Shown in pieces: positions 18,531 to 28,891 of a stretch of DNA of 64,000 nt. Source of the DNA: Armatimonadota bacterium (GTDB taxonomy: Bacteria; Armatimonadota; HRBIN16). Under the pieces are notes generated by a model. It did not search any database. It saw nothing but the letters and a program-made list of their open reading frames with translations, and was not told the origin of the DNA. Position numbers and translations under genes: made by a program. Location of the stretch: positions 4,384,001 through 4,448,000 of the forward strand of contig OY781964.1 of the NCBI GenBank assembly GCA_963677485.1, read 5' to 3'. Positions within the stretch are counted from its first letter, which is position 1. Each line of letters begins with the position of its first letter.

Positions 18531-19991
18531 TCACCAGATGCTGCCCATTTCCCACACTTTAAGTTGCTTGATGACGGCTCCACCATGAAGAACAGCGGAT
18601 ATTCCGGTAGCCTCAACATCGACAGGTATGTGTGCTGAGATGCAAGCCGTGTCATCAATGTAAAGCTCACCGATGCAGCCATCGATGAATAATCGCAGAG
18701 TGATTTCGCGGTTACTTTTCAATGTGATAGGCGCATGGCTGCCGTTGAACTCGATTGATTTGCTCACTGAAGATATTCGGACAGGCAAGTATCGACCACC
18801 GTCCGAACTCCTGGACGCGCGCAACTCCAGCTCACTGTTTTCAGGAAGATTGCAGTGCAACTCAACTTCGATATGTAAACCAGACTGTGGTAGGATGACA
18901 GCTTCAGAGTTTTGGACCTCGAGATCACTCATCGCCAGTTCATGTATTCGAAGTTTCGTGATTTCATCAACCGGCTTGAAGCGCAGTTTGTCGTCGTCGC
19001 CCAGAGAGACCACTCGGGGAAGGCTCATCGCATGGCTCCACTTAGATTCCAACGGGCGGTCTGCCAATATCCATCCCCATAGGATTCGGCGGCTTTGGGG
19101 GTCTTCAAAACTGCTGGGTGCGTAGTAGTTCGTTGGTCCACCGTGGTCCACCGTCTGCCAACTTTCTGGCTCAAATTTGTTGCTATTATACTGACCGACG
19201 GCATATTGAACCTCACCACGCAACGCGGCGATGTTGCTGAATAAGGGTGAGACAATGAGCACATGCTTTCGTCGGCGGGCCTTGTTAGTGAGTGAGAAGA
19301 AGGCGGGACATTCCCATTGGAAGCAATGCTCACCCATACCTTCGCACATCGGACCCAGGAACTCCCAAACCCGCAAATCTCTGGATTTGTAGAGCATTAC
19401 GGTGCCGTTCTTGGTCTTATATCCAGATCCAATCAGGATCCGATAGCCATCGGGATCCTTCCAGATACACGGGTCGCGGAAGCCGTCACCCAATCCTGCG
19501 ATGTCGGGCCTGTGAGCGATGACAGGGTTGCCCGGGTGTTTTGTCCATACCTTCATCTCATCATTACTAGTCGCCAGGCACTGTGTTTGCCCCGCGGGGC
19601 CGACCCCTGTGTATACGATGGTGGGCACACCGTTATGAATGACACAACAGCCAGACGCGACACCCTCGATATCATACTCGTGCGGTCCGGGCATCAACGC
19701 GATGGGTTCATGACGCCAGTGAACCATATCTGAGCTGGAAACATGCCCCCATGCCGGGTAGATGTCCTTGTTGATCCCCCAATATGGGTGGTGCTGGAAG
19801 AACAAGTGATATCGTCCTTTGTGCCACACAGGACCGTTTGGGTCGTTCATGAACCGAGCCGCGGGTGTGACATGGTAAATTGGGTGAGCGGGGTCTTTGG
19901 ACACTGTTCCGGCGGCTTCCGAAACAAGCTGATCTGCCACAGTAATGGAAGTAAGGTGGCCTTCGTTAAGCTGTGCTTCTGTGAGTTCCAT
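18531..19991 (-). CDS. GH32 beta-fructofuranosidase / sucrose-6-phosphate hydrolase family
   Basis: Catalytic motifs FMNDPNG, WGH, FRDP, WECP. Confidence 0.93.
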   Translation of the reverse strand: MELTEAQLNEGHLTSITVADQLVSEAAGTVSKDPAHPIYHVTPAARFMNDPNGPVWHKGRYHLFFQHHPYWGINKDIYPAWGHVSSSDMVHWRHEPIALMPGPHEYDIEGVASGCCVIHNGVPTIVYTGVGPAGQTQCLATSNDEMKVWTKHPGNPVIAHRPDIAGLGDGFRDPCIWKDPDGYRILIGSGYKTKNGTVMLYKSRDLRVWEFLGPMCEGMGEHCFQWECPAFFSLTNKARRRKHVLIVSPLFSNIAALRGEVQYAVGQYNSNKFEPESWQTVDHGGPTNYYAPSSFEDPQSRRILWGWILADRPLESKWSHAMSLPRVVSLGDDDKLRFKPVDEITKLRIHELAMSDLEVQNSEAVILPQSGLHIEVELHCNLPENSELELRASRSSDGGRYLPVRISSVSKSIEFNGSHAPITLKSNREITLRLFIDGCIGELYIDDTACISAHIPVDVEATGISAVLHGGAVIKQLKVWEMGSIW

Positions 19992-20149
19992 ATCTGGTCT
20001 CCTGCGAACGACTATTCATATGCAGTATATGGTTCGATGTTGGCCATGCGGATTCCTTGTTGAATCATTAGTATACTGAGAGCCGGTATCTTTGCATCGG
20101 GCATAATGTATATGTAGTTATAGAATCAGAATGCGATGAGAGGTATATC

Positions 20150-21373
20150 ATGGTTCCGGTAGAACAACAGCTCGCGACGCTTATGCGTGGTGTGGCGCAC
20201 TTCATTCCCGAGGATGAGCTCAAAACAAAGCTCGAAAAATCGCTTGCAACAGGTAAGCCGTTACGCGTGAAGCTGGGACTAGACCCTACAGCACCTGACA
20301 TTCACCTTGGCTTTGCTGTGGTGCTGCGTAAACTGCGGCAGTTTCAGGATTATGGGCACATTGCTTGTCTGGTGATCGGCGACTTCACTGCGATGATCGG
20401 CGATCCAACCGGCAAGAGCAAGACCCGTCCGCAGCTCTCACGCGAGCAGGTGCTCGAAAATGCTAAGACATATCAGAACCAGCTTTTCCGCATTCTAGAT
20501 CAGACGAAGACTGAGATTACCTTCAATGGTGACTGGCTAGGCAAAATGGACTTCGCCTCTGTCATTCAACTTGCCAGCCGAACCACTGTCGCCAGGATAC
20601 TCGAGCGAGATGACTTTACAAAGCGGCTAGAGGAGAACCGTCCACTGGGGCTGCATGAGATACTATACCCTCTTTGTCAGGGCTACGACAGCGTAGCGAT
20701 CCATTCCGACATCGAGATGGGTGGTACCGACCAGATGTTCAACAACCTGGTGGGACGCGACCTGCAGCGCGAATACGGACAGGAGCCTCAGAGTGTTTTA
20801 GCGATGCCTTTGCTGGTGGGTCTTGATGGCACCGAAAAGATGAGTAAATCCCTTGGAAACTATATAGGGATTTATGACGAACCTCAGCAACAGTACGGTA
20901 AAGTCATGTCGATTCCTGATCACGCCATAAGTATGTATTACGAACTCTGCACCGATGTGCCTATGGATGAGGTCTCTGTGATGTTGGCTGCGATGGCGGA
21001 CGGTAGTCTCAACCCGATGGTAGCCAAACGACGGTTGGGCCGCGAGATTGTAAGCATCTATCACGGTAAAGAGGCTGGGGACGCTGCGGAAGCGGAGTTT
21101 ACGCGTGTCTTTAGCAAGAAGGAAATACCGCAAGATATGCCTGAGATGCGCATCCCTGCCGATATCATAGCTGATGGCAAAGTGTGGCTGCCTAAGCTTC
21201 TTCACGGCCTGGGGCTAGTGAAGAGTAACGGTGAAGCCCGCCGTATGATTCAGCAAGGTGGGGTATCTATCAATGACCTAAAGATGACTGACGATAAGGT
21301 TGAACTTGACGCAGCGGCATTGGCAGGAGCAGTCATCAGGGTGGGTAAGCTGCGATTCGCTCGCATTGTTTAG
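20150..21373 (+). CDS. tyrS: Tyrosine--tRNA ligase
   Basis: GLDPTAPDIHLGF (HIGH), GDPTGK, GGTDQ, KMSKS, C-terminal S4 domain. Confidence 0.98.
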   Translation: MVPVEQQLATLMRGVAHFIPEDELKTKLEKSLATGKPLRVKLGLDPTAPDIHLGFAVVLRKLRQFQDYGHIACLVIGDFTAMIGDPTGKSKTRPQLSREQVLENAKTYQNQLFRILDQTKTEITFNGDWLGKMDFASVIQLASRTTVARILERDDFTKRLEENRPLGLHEILYPLCQGYDSVAIHSDIEMGGTDQMFNNLVGRDLQREYGQEPQSVLAMPLLVGLDGTEKMSKSLGNYIGIYDEPQQQYGKVMSIPDHAISMYYELCTDVPMDEVSVMLAAMADGSLNPMVAKRRLGREIVSIYHGKEAGDAAEAEFTRVFSKKEIPQDMPEMRIPADIIADGKVWLPKLLHGLGLVKSNGEARRMIQQGGVSINDLKMTDDKVELDAAALAGAVIRVGKLRFARIV

Positions 21374-21397
21374 CACCAATTAGTCTCGAAATACGCC

Positions 21398-21430
21398 AAA
21401 AAAGCAGAAGGTTTTACCCTTCTGCTTTTT
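21398..21430 (+). terminator. Rho-independent terminator after tyrS
   Basis: AAAAAAGCAGAAGG-TTTTAC-CCTTCTGCTTTTT. Confidence 0.85.
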
Positions 21431-21629
21431 CAGCATTTCTGATCGCCAAGAAGGAAAGCCTGGAGCGCAAATGAGGTATGATTGTTCACAATAAGCCATC
21501 ATAATGGCATACAATCATCCGTTTGCAGAAAACTGATCAGATTTTACCAGAAAAATGCCCAAATCTCATTGCATTGCACGCTACATCAATAGTAAACTGA
21601 ATGCATTACGTCCTTAAGGGAGTGTCATA

Positions 21630-23633
21630 ATGCCGATTAAATGTGCCAGGCTGGTAGGTCTATTTACCGTATTAGCAGTCTTCATGATGGCTACTACGGG
21701 GCCAGCGACCGCTACCACCATAAGCTGGAGCGCACCGACAGAGACAGAGGTCGCGGGCAACGTACCTGTCAGCGCATTCTTGACCTCTACTGTCAACCTA
21801 ATAGGGTCTGAAATTAGAGCTGTCGAACCGGCGAACGCGGTCCATGGTGAGCTTATTACACCTATCACGGGAACCGCTACCTATATCGGCTATATGATGT
21901 CCATGTATTACTACAGCGTGAATACTACTTTGAATTCAAGTGCGTGTCATAATGGCAATATTAACATCAGCATCCGCGTCCAGTCACCGAACGGAACTTG
22001 GGAAGAGTTCATTAAGACTGTGTCAGTCAATAACCTCTATTTCGGAACTGAACCCGGAAAAGAGGCTTTTAGTTGCTTAGGGGACCCCGCCCAAATACCT
22101 GAAACACTTACAGTGTCCATTGGGGGAAAAACACTTACCAACAACCCGATTACAGTTGAGCTGACGATTTATGAAGCCGCCAGTGCAACCGATAATTCGA
22201 CACTCCGACCTCGACTTGCCCGAACGATCTCTCAGTCCATATCGAATCCGGGTAATGTCACATTCAACTGGGACTTCAAAGAGGCTAATGGAAGCCAGTC
22301 TCCACGCGGTTTGTATAGTTATGACATCAAAGCATGGCGAATTGTCAACACTGGCTATGATACGACGTATTTGAGGAGCAGTTCTGTCCATCTGCTCAGG
22401 GCGGTCGATTCAAATGGGCAACAAGTATATGGAGCCGTTTCGAAAGGCATTAACGACAAGAACACCGAGTCCACGACTGACGACGACGAGGAGTTCTTCA
22501 TACGTAGCTATCGGCTGATAGATGCGAGGAACAAGAACGTCGATCGTCTTCATGTCAGTATGTATGACTATTATCTGGCAAAAGTGTATGAAATAGAAAG
22601 TAAAACACTGGATTGCCAGGTCGCCACACACACAGGCTGCCACGGTCTTGGTACACAGGCTTCACCTGGCATGGGGCATGAGATGAAGATACCAGTGCCC
22701 TTGAGTGCCTGTCAAGCAGCCAGTTACTATCGGTTCTTAACCTGGGTAGTAGATGATGATGCGGCATCCGACCGCGTGCATATGGCTCGCCGTACGGTCG
22801 CCATCAACCAGTTTTATGATGACCGTCCGATCCTATATCTTGACACGCCGACTGCAGTGATTGCATATGTTCCGCCTAAACACATGAACAACGTGCGTAA
22901 AGAGATGATGCTGGCAAAACCGCGTACCCTCAACGGTTACCTTGTTAACTGTGATACGTGGGTAGGTGATGCGGCAAATCCCACTGCGTCGTATCTCAGG
23001 ATTGGCACACCCTCTAAAAAAGTCCGAGCCAGTCTTAACGGCGGCCCTGCACCTAGGTATATACCAAGTGGAAAAGGTGAAAGCATGATTGGTGTGTGTA
23101 AGCAGGGAGCGCGTCGAACCGGGGAACCGTTAAGCGACGACACGATGAAAAGATTTAAACGCAGCACTGTAGGATTTGGACAGTACGGTTCTGATGTCCG
23201 TGTTGTGTCTGATATGGCGGCTGAACCTGCCACGTATTCATTTAGGACGAACCTCGGTGCGTTGATATACAATGGTGCCACAATGAATGACGCGAAGGCA
23301 TATTGGTTTCAAGGTGACGAAAGCACCTCACGCAGTGTAGTTGCCTGGAGTGCATTGAAGCAGGGTCGAAGGGCGATGTATCTAGTGGCTTCGAAAGGCA
23401 GTATGACGTGGGCAGGCACTCAAGCCATGCTGCTGAGCATACCTTCAGATATCGCCGCCGGATATAACATGGATGTTCCGGCCATTACGCAGGCTCTGAT
23501 GCTTGATGGAAACATGGCTTCTCAACTTCATTATGGTGCCTACCCACCGTCAGGATATAGAGAAATGCGTGGTATAGGCGACGACAGTATGAAAGTACCT
23601 GATTTTATCGCATTGGAAGGTGCATTTAAATGA
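21630..23633 (+). CDS. Secreted protein with FlgD-Ig-like segment and C-terminal phosphodiester-glycosidase (NAGPA)-like domain
   Basis: Signal peptide; 'FNWDFKEANGSQSPRGLYSYDI' resembles the FlgD_Ig W-D-x-x-x-x-G...G-x-Y motif; 'RSVVAW...MYLV...ALMLDGNMASQL' resembles NAGPA A-x-N-LDGGGS. Confidence 0.55.
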   Translation: MPIKCARLVGLFTVLAVFMMATTGPATATTISWSAPTETEVAGNVPVSAFLTSTVNLIGSEIRAVEPANAVHGELITPITGTATYIGYMMSMYYYSVNTTLNSSACHNGNINISIRVQSPNGTWEEFIKTVSVNNLYFGTEPGKEAFSCLGDPAQIPETLTVSIGGKTLTNNPITVELTIYEAASATDNSTLRPRLARTISQSISNPGNVTFNWDFKEANGSQSPRGLYSYDIKAWRIVNTGYDTTYLRSSSVHLLRAVDSNGQQVYGAVSKGINDKNTESTTDDDEEFFIRSYRLIDARNKNVDRLHVSMYDYYLAKVYEIESKTLDCQVATHTGCHGLGTQASPGMGHEMKIPVPLSACQAASYYRFLTWVVDDDAASDRVHMARRTVAINQFYDDRPILYLDTPTAVIAYVPPKHMNNVRKEMMLAKPRTLNGYLVNCDTWVGDAANPTASYLRIGTPSKKVRASLNGGPAPRYIPSGKGESMIGVCKQGARRTGEPLSDDTMKRFKRSTVGFGQYGSDVRVVSDMAAEPATYSFRTNLGALIYNGATMNDAKAYWFQGDESTSRSVVAWSALKQGRRAMYLVASKGSMTWAGTQAMLLSIPSDIAAGYNMDVPAITQALMLDGNMASQLHYGAYPPSGYREMRGIGDDSMKVPDFIALEGAFK

Positions 23634-25657
23634 TGTGGAAAAGATACGTGACAGACATGGATCTGATGGGAAAACTACTGGCGATGGCGTCAGCGATTGT
23701 GTTCTGCTCATCCTGTACATCGACGCGGGCGATATCGACACCTTTGTGTACTGTTACATGGGGCTCGACGAGTGGTCTGCAGCACATCAATACCTGCGCG
23801 GCACCTGATGGTATTTACGTATACGGCGACAGCACTGATGTTTATTCTGGTGACGGTATGGGTGGTGGTGATCTGCAACGCGATGTATGGGTAACAAAAT
23901 ATGACACTAACGCTCAGCAATCTTGGACACGAAAGATCGGTACGGATCAACCTGAAACGATCCATACAGCGGATACAAGTGCTAGTGGCGACTTGATTTT
24001 AGTCGGTGAGACTAACGGTAGCCTTTATGCTTCGAATACTGGTGGAAGCAACGTGTTCGCTGTATGTTATAACTCTGCTGGCACTGCGAAATGGTCAAGG
24101 CAGATTGATATCCCAAATTGTAGTGCTAGCAATTTGTTGATATCGTCTGATACGGCAAATTTACTGGTACATAATGATATCGGGCAATTGCGGCTTATCA
24201 AGCTGTCAGTATCCACAGGGCAGATATTATCGGATACCAGTATCGACAATCTGCCTCATCCGACTGGTTCTGCTATAAGTTATGCATATTACAACCAATA
24301 TGGAACTATTAATTACATCTACGATACCCAATCGGAACCCATGACGATTTCTGACTGGAAATATGCCTATTATGATTCAGCGGGTATTCAGCACACAGTC
24401 GACATACCGTTAATGCAGGGAGCCAGTGTGTGTATCAATCAACCAAACCATACTTTGTCTATCGATGCACCTGAAGTTGCCCTTAAAAACGATCGGATAT
24501 CGATGGTAGTGAAGGGGCGGTTACAACACTCACACGCAGCGGGGATTTACACGACTAATGTGGTTTCACTGGTTAGTATTTCCTCATCTGGTCATGTGGC
24601 AGTATGCAGTTTTGACGAGAATGAAATGCCTAGAAAGGCCTCAGGACACATCGATTCTAATGGCGATCTATGGACAGGTTGGGATCGTGTCGGGAATGTT
24701 TATGATGAGTCCACTTCGGCTGAGAACTTCTGCTTGTATGGGTCGGGTAATCCCGATTATTACGAAGCAAAATCGGCGTACAAGGTGATCCAATATTCGC
24801 AAGGACTTTCATCCAAAGTTTTTGAGGGTGATGTCACAGTGACACTGCCCAGTGGAATAACGGCCGATACAGGAGAGCTTGTCCATATAGGAAGCTCATT
24901 ATACTGGGTGGCTCATGTAAACCGTATAGTCAATGATGTTGCCGAATCCGGTGTGATGGTGTATAAATTCGACGCTATTGCCACGCCAACCTACAGTTTG
25001 GCATCAGGCACCTATACCGGCACCCAGAGTGTTTCGATTTCCTGTTCGACCACTGGTGCGCAAATCCGATATACCACCGACGGCAGCGAGCCAACAGAAA
25101 CCAGCTCGTTGTATACAGGCCCCATTAGTATTGGCACTAACAAGACAGTCAAGTCACGCGCATTTGTCACTGGCATGGTGCCAAGTTTGCGGGCTGATGC
25201 TGTGTATGTCATTCGCAAGACGATATCCGGAAGTCTGACACTCGGGAACTACTCTGGCCTTCGCACTGGCTTAGTAGCGACCATCGTGCTGAGGCGGTCT
25301 GACGGCACCGTGCTGCAGACCAGCAGTGCCACCTTAGATGCTAATGGTGCTTATAGTCTTCTCACAGAGTATGAGGGAGCCATGGACATACTCATTAGGG
25401 TTCCGCGCTGGCTGCGCAAGAAAAGCAGTATCACTGTTTCAGGCAACACAACGGTGAATATGAGCCTGAAAAATGGCGATGCCGATGGTAGTAACTCCGT
25501 CAATCTATTCGACTATGTCGTGTTAGATAATGCATATGGTACACGGCCTGGTGATCCCACTTGGAACCAGATGGCTGATCTTGACGGCGGCAACACAGTG
25601 AATAGTTTCGACTACACGATCATCGACATGAACTTTAACGGACAAGGCGACAACTAG
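23630..25657 (+). CDS. Secreted protein: SBBP/beta-propeller-like N-terminus, Fn3-associated (CHB_HEX_C-like) domain, C-terminal dockerin-like domain
   Basis: 'DVWVTKYDTNAQQSWTRKIGT'; 'SGTYTGTQSVSISC...IRYTTDGSEPTETSSLYTGPI'; twin Ca-loops GDADGSNSVNLFDY and ADLDGGNTVNSFDY; ATGA overlap with upstream gene. Confidence 0.75.
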   Translation: MMWKRYVTDMDLMGKLLAMASAIVFCSSCTSTRAISTPLCTVTWGSTSGLQHINTCAAPDGIYVYGDSTDVYSGDGMGGGDLQRDVWVTKYDTNAQQSWTRKIGTDQPETIHTADTSASGDLILVGETNGSLYASNTGGSNVFAVCYNSAGTAKWSRQIDIPNCSASNLLISSDTANLLVHNDIGQLRLIKLSVSTGQILSDTSIDNLPHPTGSAISYAYYNQYGTINYIYDTQSEPMTISDWKYAYYDSAGIQHTVDIPLMQGASVCINQPNHTLSIDAPEVALKNDRISMVVKGRLQHSHAAGIYTTNVVSLVSISSSGHVAVCSFDENEMPRKASGHIDSNGDLWTGWDRVGNVYDESTSAENFCLYGSGNPDYYEAKSAYKVIQYSQGLSSKVFEGDVTVTLPSGITADTGELVHIGSSLYWVAHVNRIVNDVAESGVMVYKFDAIATPTYSLASGTYTGTQSVSISCSTTGAQIRYTTDGSEPTETSSLYTGPISIGTNKTVKSRAFVTGMVPSLRADAVYVIRKTISGSLTLGNYSGLRTGLVATIVLRRSDGTVLQTSSATLDANGAYSLLTEYEGAMDILIRVPRWLRKKSSITVSGNTTVNMSLKNGDADGSNSVNLFDYVVLDNAYGTRPGDPTWNQMADLDGGNTVNSFDYTIIDMNFNGQGDN

Positions 25658-25665
25658 GGAGTATC

Positions 25666-26421
25666 GTGATGAATACAAAAACATTCTGGACATGCCTTGC
25701 GAGCATCGTGTGCAGCAGCAGTCTGTATGCCAGTAATCTATTGGACCTTGGGCCGATGATCCGACCAGTGGAGTATCGGAACGATGGTACCATTCTGGCG
25801 ATCGATATGAATGACCAGGTGCCTTTCGTATGGGATGAGGGCAAGCGGACAGATATGCCCGGGTTGGTAAACACTGGTAGTACATTAGCAGCCACAGCAC
25901 GCGGTGACCAGCCTATCGAAAAGAGTGTGCTCGCCGTTTCTGGTAAATTCCAAGTCGGATGGATTACTGATGGCAACCTAGAAGGGATTCAAGGGCCAAC
26001 CAAACGAGCTGCACTATGGACTAAAGGGGTTCTTTCCATTCTGCCAGATAATGGTTATGGTGGATGCGCGCGTTCTGTGTCCAAAAAAGGCTGGGCGGTG
26101 GGATATGTTCAAACTACGCGCAGCCGAGGATCTGCTGCGTTGTGGGTAAAGGGCCAATTGACCTTACTACCAGATGACGGTATAGGATATAGCGAAGCGT
26201 TTGCGGTAAATTCACATAACCTGATAGTGGGATCCGCGGTAATCACAGACATGGGATGCCGAGCTGTAGTCTGGGATCACGATGAGATGGCAGTGCTTAA
26301 CAAACAGTGCGATTTACCAGAAGGCTGGAACCTAACGGAAGCAACATGCATCAACGATAAAGGTGCCATCGCAGGAATGGCGGAAGTCAATGGCTTGCTG
26401 CACGGGTTCATACTTCGTTAG
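25666..26421 (+). CDS. Secreted HAF-type extracellular repeat protein
   Basis: Signal peptide; repeats 'RAALW', 'SAALW', 'SEAFAVNSHNLIVG', 'GWNLTEATCINDKGAIAG...HGFIL'. Confidence 0.7.
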   Translation: MMNTKTFWTCLASIVCSSSLYASNLLDLGPMIRPVEYRNDGTILAIDMNDQVPFVWDEGKRTDMPGLVNTGSTLAATARGDQPIEKSVLAVSGKFQVGWITDGNLEGIQGPTKRAALWTKGVLSILPDNGYGGCARSVSKKGWAVGYVQTTRSRGSAALWVKGQLTLLPDDGIGYSEAFAVNSHNLIVGSAVITDMGCRAVVWDHDEMAVLNKQCDLPEGWNLTEATCINDKGAIAGMAEVNGLLHGFILR

Positions 26422-26443
26422 GTATATCTTTCTGCATATCTAG

Positions 26444-26475
26444 AATGGCGTCCCTTTCGGGGCGCCATTTTTGTT
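26444..26475 (+). terminator. Rho-independent terminator
   Basis: AATGGCGTCCC-TTTC-GGGGCGCCATT followed by TTTGTT. Confidence 0.8.
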
Positions 26476-26554
26476 GTCATCCGCCCAACGCATGACCTCA
26501 GAAGGATATATGTAGTCCTAAAGGGAAGTATATTCCATTACTGAGAGGTGCTTA

Positions 26555-28879
26555 ATGGTCCCCAAGATGGCTATCACAATTCATTATATGGACTGGTCCA
26601 GAAGTGATGTTGAGGTCGTAGATCGGCTAAAGCAACTCAAGAAGCTGTTCTGTGCAGATAGCTTGAAGGTCGATTGTTCGTGGCGATTTGTGGAGCCTAT
26701 CGAGGGAAAGTATGACTTTACCTGGCCAGACCGCATCTGCCGTTTGTGTGCTCAGTCAGGCTTGAGGGTATGGTTTATATTGAACTCGGCCTGGGGGATG
26801 CCGGACTGGGTTCTGCAGAGTGTGGGGAAAGAGGCCTTCGCCTGGAACAGCCTTGACCAGACAGGGCGGCAGGGTGTTTCTGAAGGCAGTGTTGTTGGCA
26901 AATACCCAGCTCCTGTTATCCCCGCTTATGGCCATCCTTGGATGATCCCGCATATCAACGCTTGGCATCAGGCGGTTGTGCAGTATGTAGAAAAGAACTA
27001 CCCCCAGACCATAGCCGGCTATATCGCGGAAGGCGAGATATATCTGAACCCGGACAATGATCTGGGAGATGGTCTGTTTGATTATAATCCGCACACGATT
27101 CGGATGTACCAAGAGTGGCTGCCAGGAAATCTCGCTTCACCATACTACGGTGCATCATCGCCTGCGCGTGCTGCGAAACCCAAAGTGCCCTCATGTAACT
27201 CGGCGTGGAACACCAGCTACACGCGCTGGGATGATGTGAAACCATCTCGGAGCTCAGCTCCGAGCAGCATTGCATGGCGGGACTGGGCGATGTTTCTGCG
27301 CTGGTATGTGGCCTGGAGCTATCAACAGGTCACCAGGGGTCTACGGACGGCCACGAAGCGGCCGATTAGCCTATTAGTGAACTGCTTTACCGGATGGCCC
27401 ATGCCTGATGATCATGTATGGGGAGCTCACCGCACTCACAATAACGCCTGGAGCATATATCAGGCGGTGGCACCTTATGTAGATTATCTGGGTGTGACCG
27501 CTTATCAGTATGATCCAGACTGGGAGATTGACCGTAGCGCACAGTGGGATTGTAACATGGCGGTCGTGGACGCCTGTTCGCATTGGCTTGGTAAACCGGT
27601 CTGGATTGTGGAGGGCGGTTCTATCATGCGGCCGCGGTGCCTGAGTGACCTGCGCTGGCAACTGTATAACGGCTATATACACCGGCAGCCCAGTGTGGTG
27701 CTGGGGTATCTTGATATGGCCAGTGGTCAGAACATCAACTACTCATGGAATCCAGCACTTGATTTTCCGGCCACTCATCAGCTATGCTCTCAATACACCC
27801 AGACGGCCTATCCGGTCAATGCATCGGTTGAGGTAGCGGTGATCCACAACAGCTTGTCGGAACTGCTGACCCCTGGTGATGGCACAGAAGCCAGAGCTGT
27901 GCGTGCTGTGGTCCGGTGGCTTCGGTACATAGGTGTAAGCTGCCATGTGCTCGACACCCAGGCGATAGAGAGTGGAGCTGTCTCACTGAAAGCATACAAA
28001 CTGATCATCTTTCCGAGTGTGCATCCGGTCACAGCTGTGATGAAGCGATTATTTCGTCAATCGAACCTGCCGATCTTGTGTGACAAGGGAGCGTGTTCTG
28101 TGGATGAGTGGCTGAACTCGTCAACTCCACTGCGGCCAGATGGTGTCATTGATTCCCATATGTTGAATGGTGAGCAGGCTGATCTGGAGGATAGGGGCAT
28201 CAAGCCATTAGCATCTCCTGTTTGGTTGAGGTTCATATCAACATATGTCGGCACCCACAGGCCAGATTTACAGATGAGCATATATGGTCGTGGTGATCTT
28301 GGCTTCAACCGAGATGCGGAGGAAGCCGTCAGATACCGCGGTGTGCGTGTGTTACCTGGTTGCGAATACCCGACAGTGGTTGATGACCAACAGATATTGC
28401 CGAAGAAGCTACCTCCGGAGTTGCGGTTAAATCGGCAGCCAGATGGTATCATGGGCCCTTGTGCGGTGACTGTCCAACCGCAGCCGGATGGTTCGACCAG
28501 CGTGCATTTCGGAGCGTATACAGGCCTTTCAGGTTTCTGGCAGGCTTCGGTGTATTGGGACATACCGGCTGGTTCATTGGCGCGGTTACGCCAACTGCGG
28601 TTCCGCTATTCCGTTGTGGCCGATACGGGTTCAGGCGCAAACGCTACCGCCGGTGATGTCAGTATGGATATCCGGCTGGTCAGCAGCACAAACGGTAGGC
28701 ATCATGCGGTGAAGCTGCCGGTTCGTGTATCTCAGGAACAAATCACAATCGCGATGACGGCAGTGGGTCTAGGGGCTCTCCAACGACGGACGGAGATCGA
28801 CCGAATCCAGCTCTGTCTGACGGCTGCCAACTGGCAACCGGTTCAAGTGTATCTTTCAATAATACAACTCTTTCCTTGA
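26555..28879 (+). CDS. Divergent GH42-like (clan GH-A) glycoside hydrolase
   Basis: 'SWRFVEPIEGKYDFTWPD', 'MPDWV', 'NSAWNTSYTRWDDV', 'WRDW', nucleophile-like 'PVWIVE', trimerisation-like 'LKAYKLIIFP'. Confidence 0.65.
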   Translation: MVPKMAITIHYMDWSRSDVEVVDRLKQLKKLFCADSLKVDCSWRFVEPIEGKYDFTWPDRICRLCAQSGLRVWFILNSAWGMPDWVLQSVGKEAFAWNSLDQTGRQGVSEGSVVGKYPAPVIPAYGHPWMIPHINAWHQAVVQYVEKNYPQTIAGYIAEGEIYLNPDNDLGDGLFDYNPHTIRMYQEWLPGNLASPYYGASSPARAAKPKVPSCNSAWNTSYTRWDDVKPSRSSAPSSIAWRDWAMFLRWYVAWSYQQVTRGLRTATKRPISLLVNCFTGWPMPDDHVWGAHRTHNNAWSIYQAVAPYVDYLGVTAYQYDPDWEIDRSAQWDCNMAVVDACSHWLGKPVWIVEGGSIMRPRCLSDLRWQLYNGYIHRQPSVVLGYLDMASGQNINYSWNPALDFPATHQLCSQYTQTAYPVNASVEVAVIHNSLSELLTPGDGTEARAVRAVVRWLRYIGVSCHVLDTQAIESGAVSLKAYKLIIFPSVHPVTAVMKRLFRQSNLPILCDKGACSVDEWLNSSTPLRPDGVIDSHMLNGEQADLEDRGIKPLASPVWLRFISTYVGTHRPDLQMSIYGRGDLGFNRDAEEAVRYRGVRVLPGCEYPTVVDDQQILPKKLPPELRLNRQPDGIMGPCAVTVQPQPDGSTSVHFGAYTGLSGFWQASVYWDIPAGSLARLRQLRFRYSVVADTGSGANATAGDVSMDIRLVSSTNGRHHAVKLPVRVSQEQITIAMTAVGLGALQRRTEIDRIQLCLTAANWQPVQVYLSIIQLFP

Positions 28880-28891
28880 TCGGAGTATGAC

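Noticed and set aside
19991-20150. T-box leader upstream of tyrS
   Set aside because: Intergenic region is short and lacks the GGTGGNACC T-box motif and terminator
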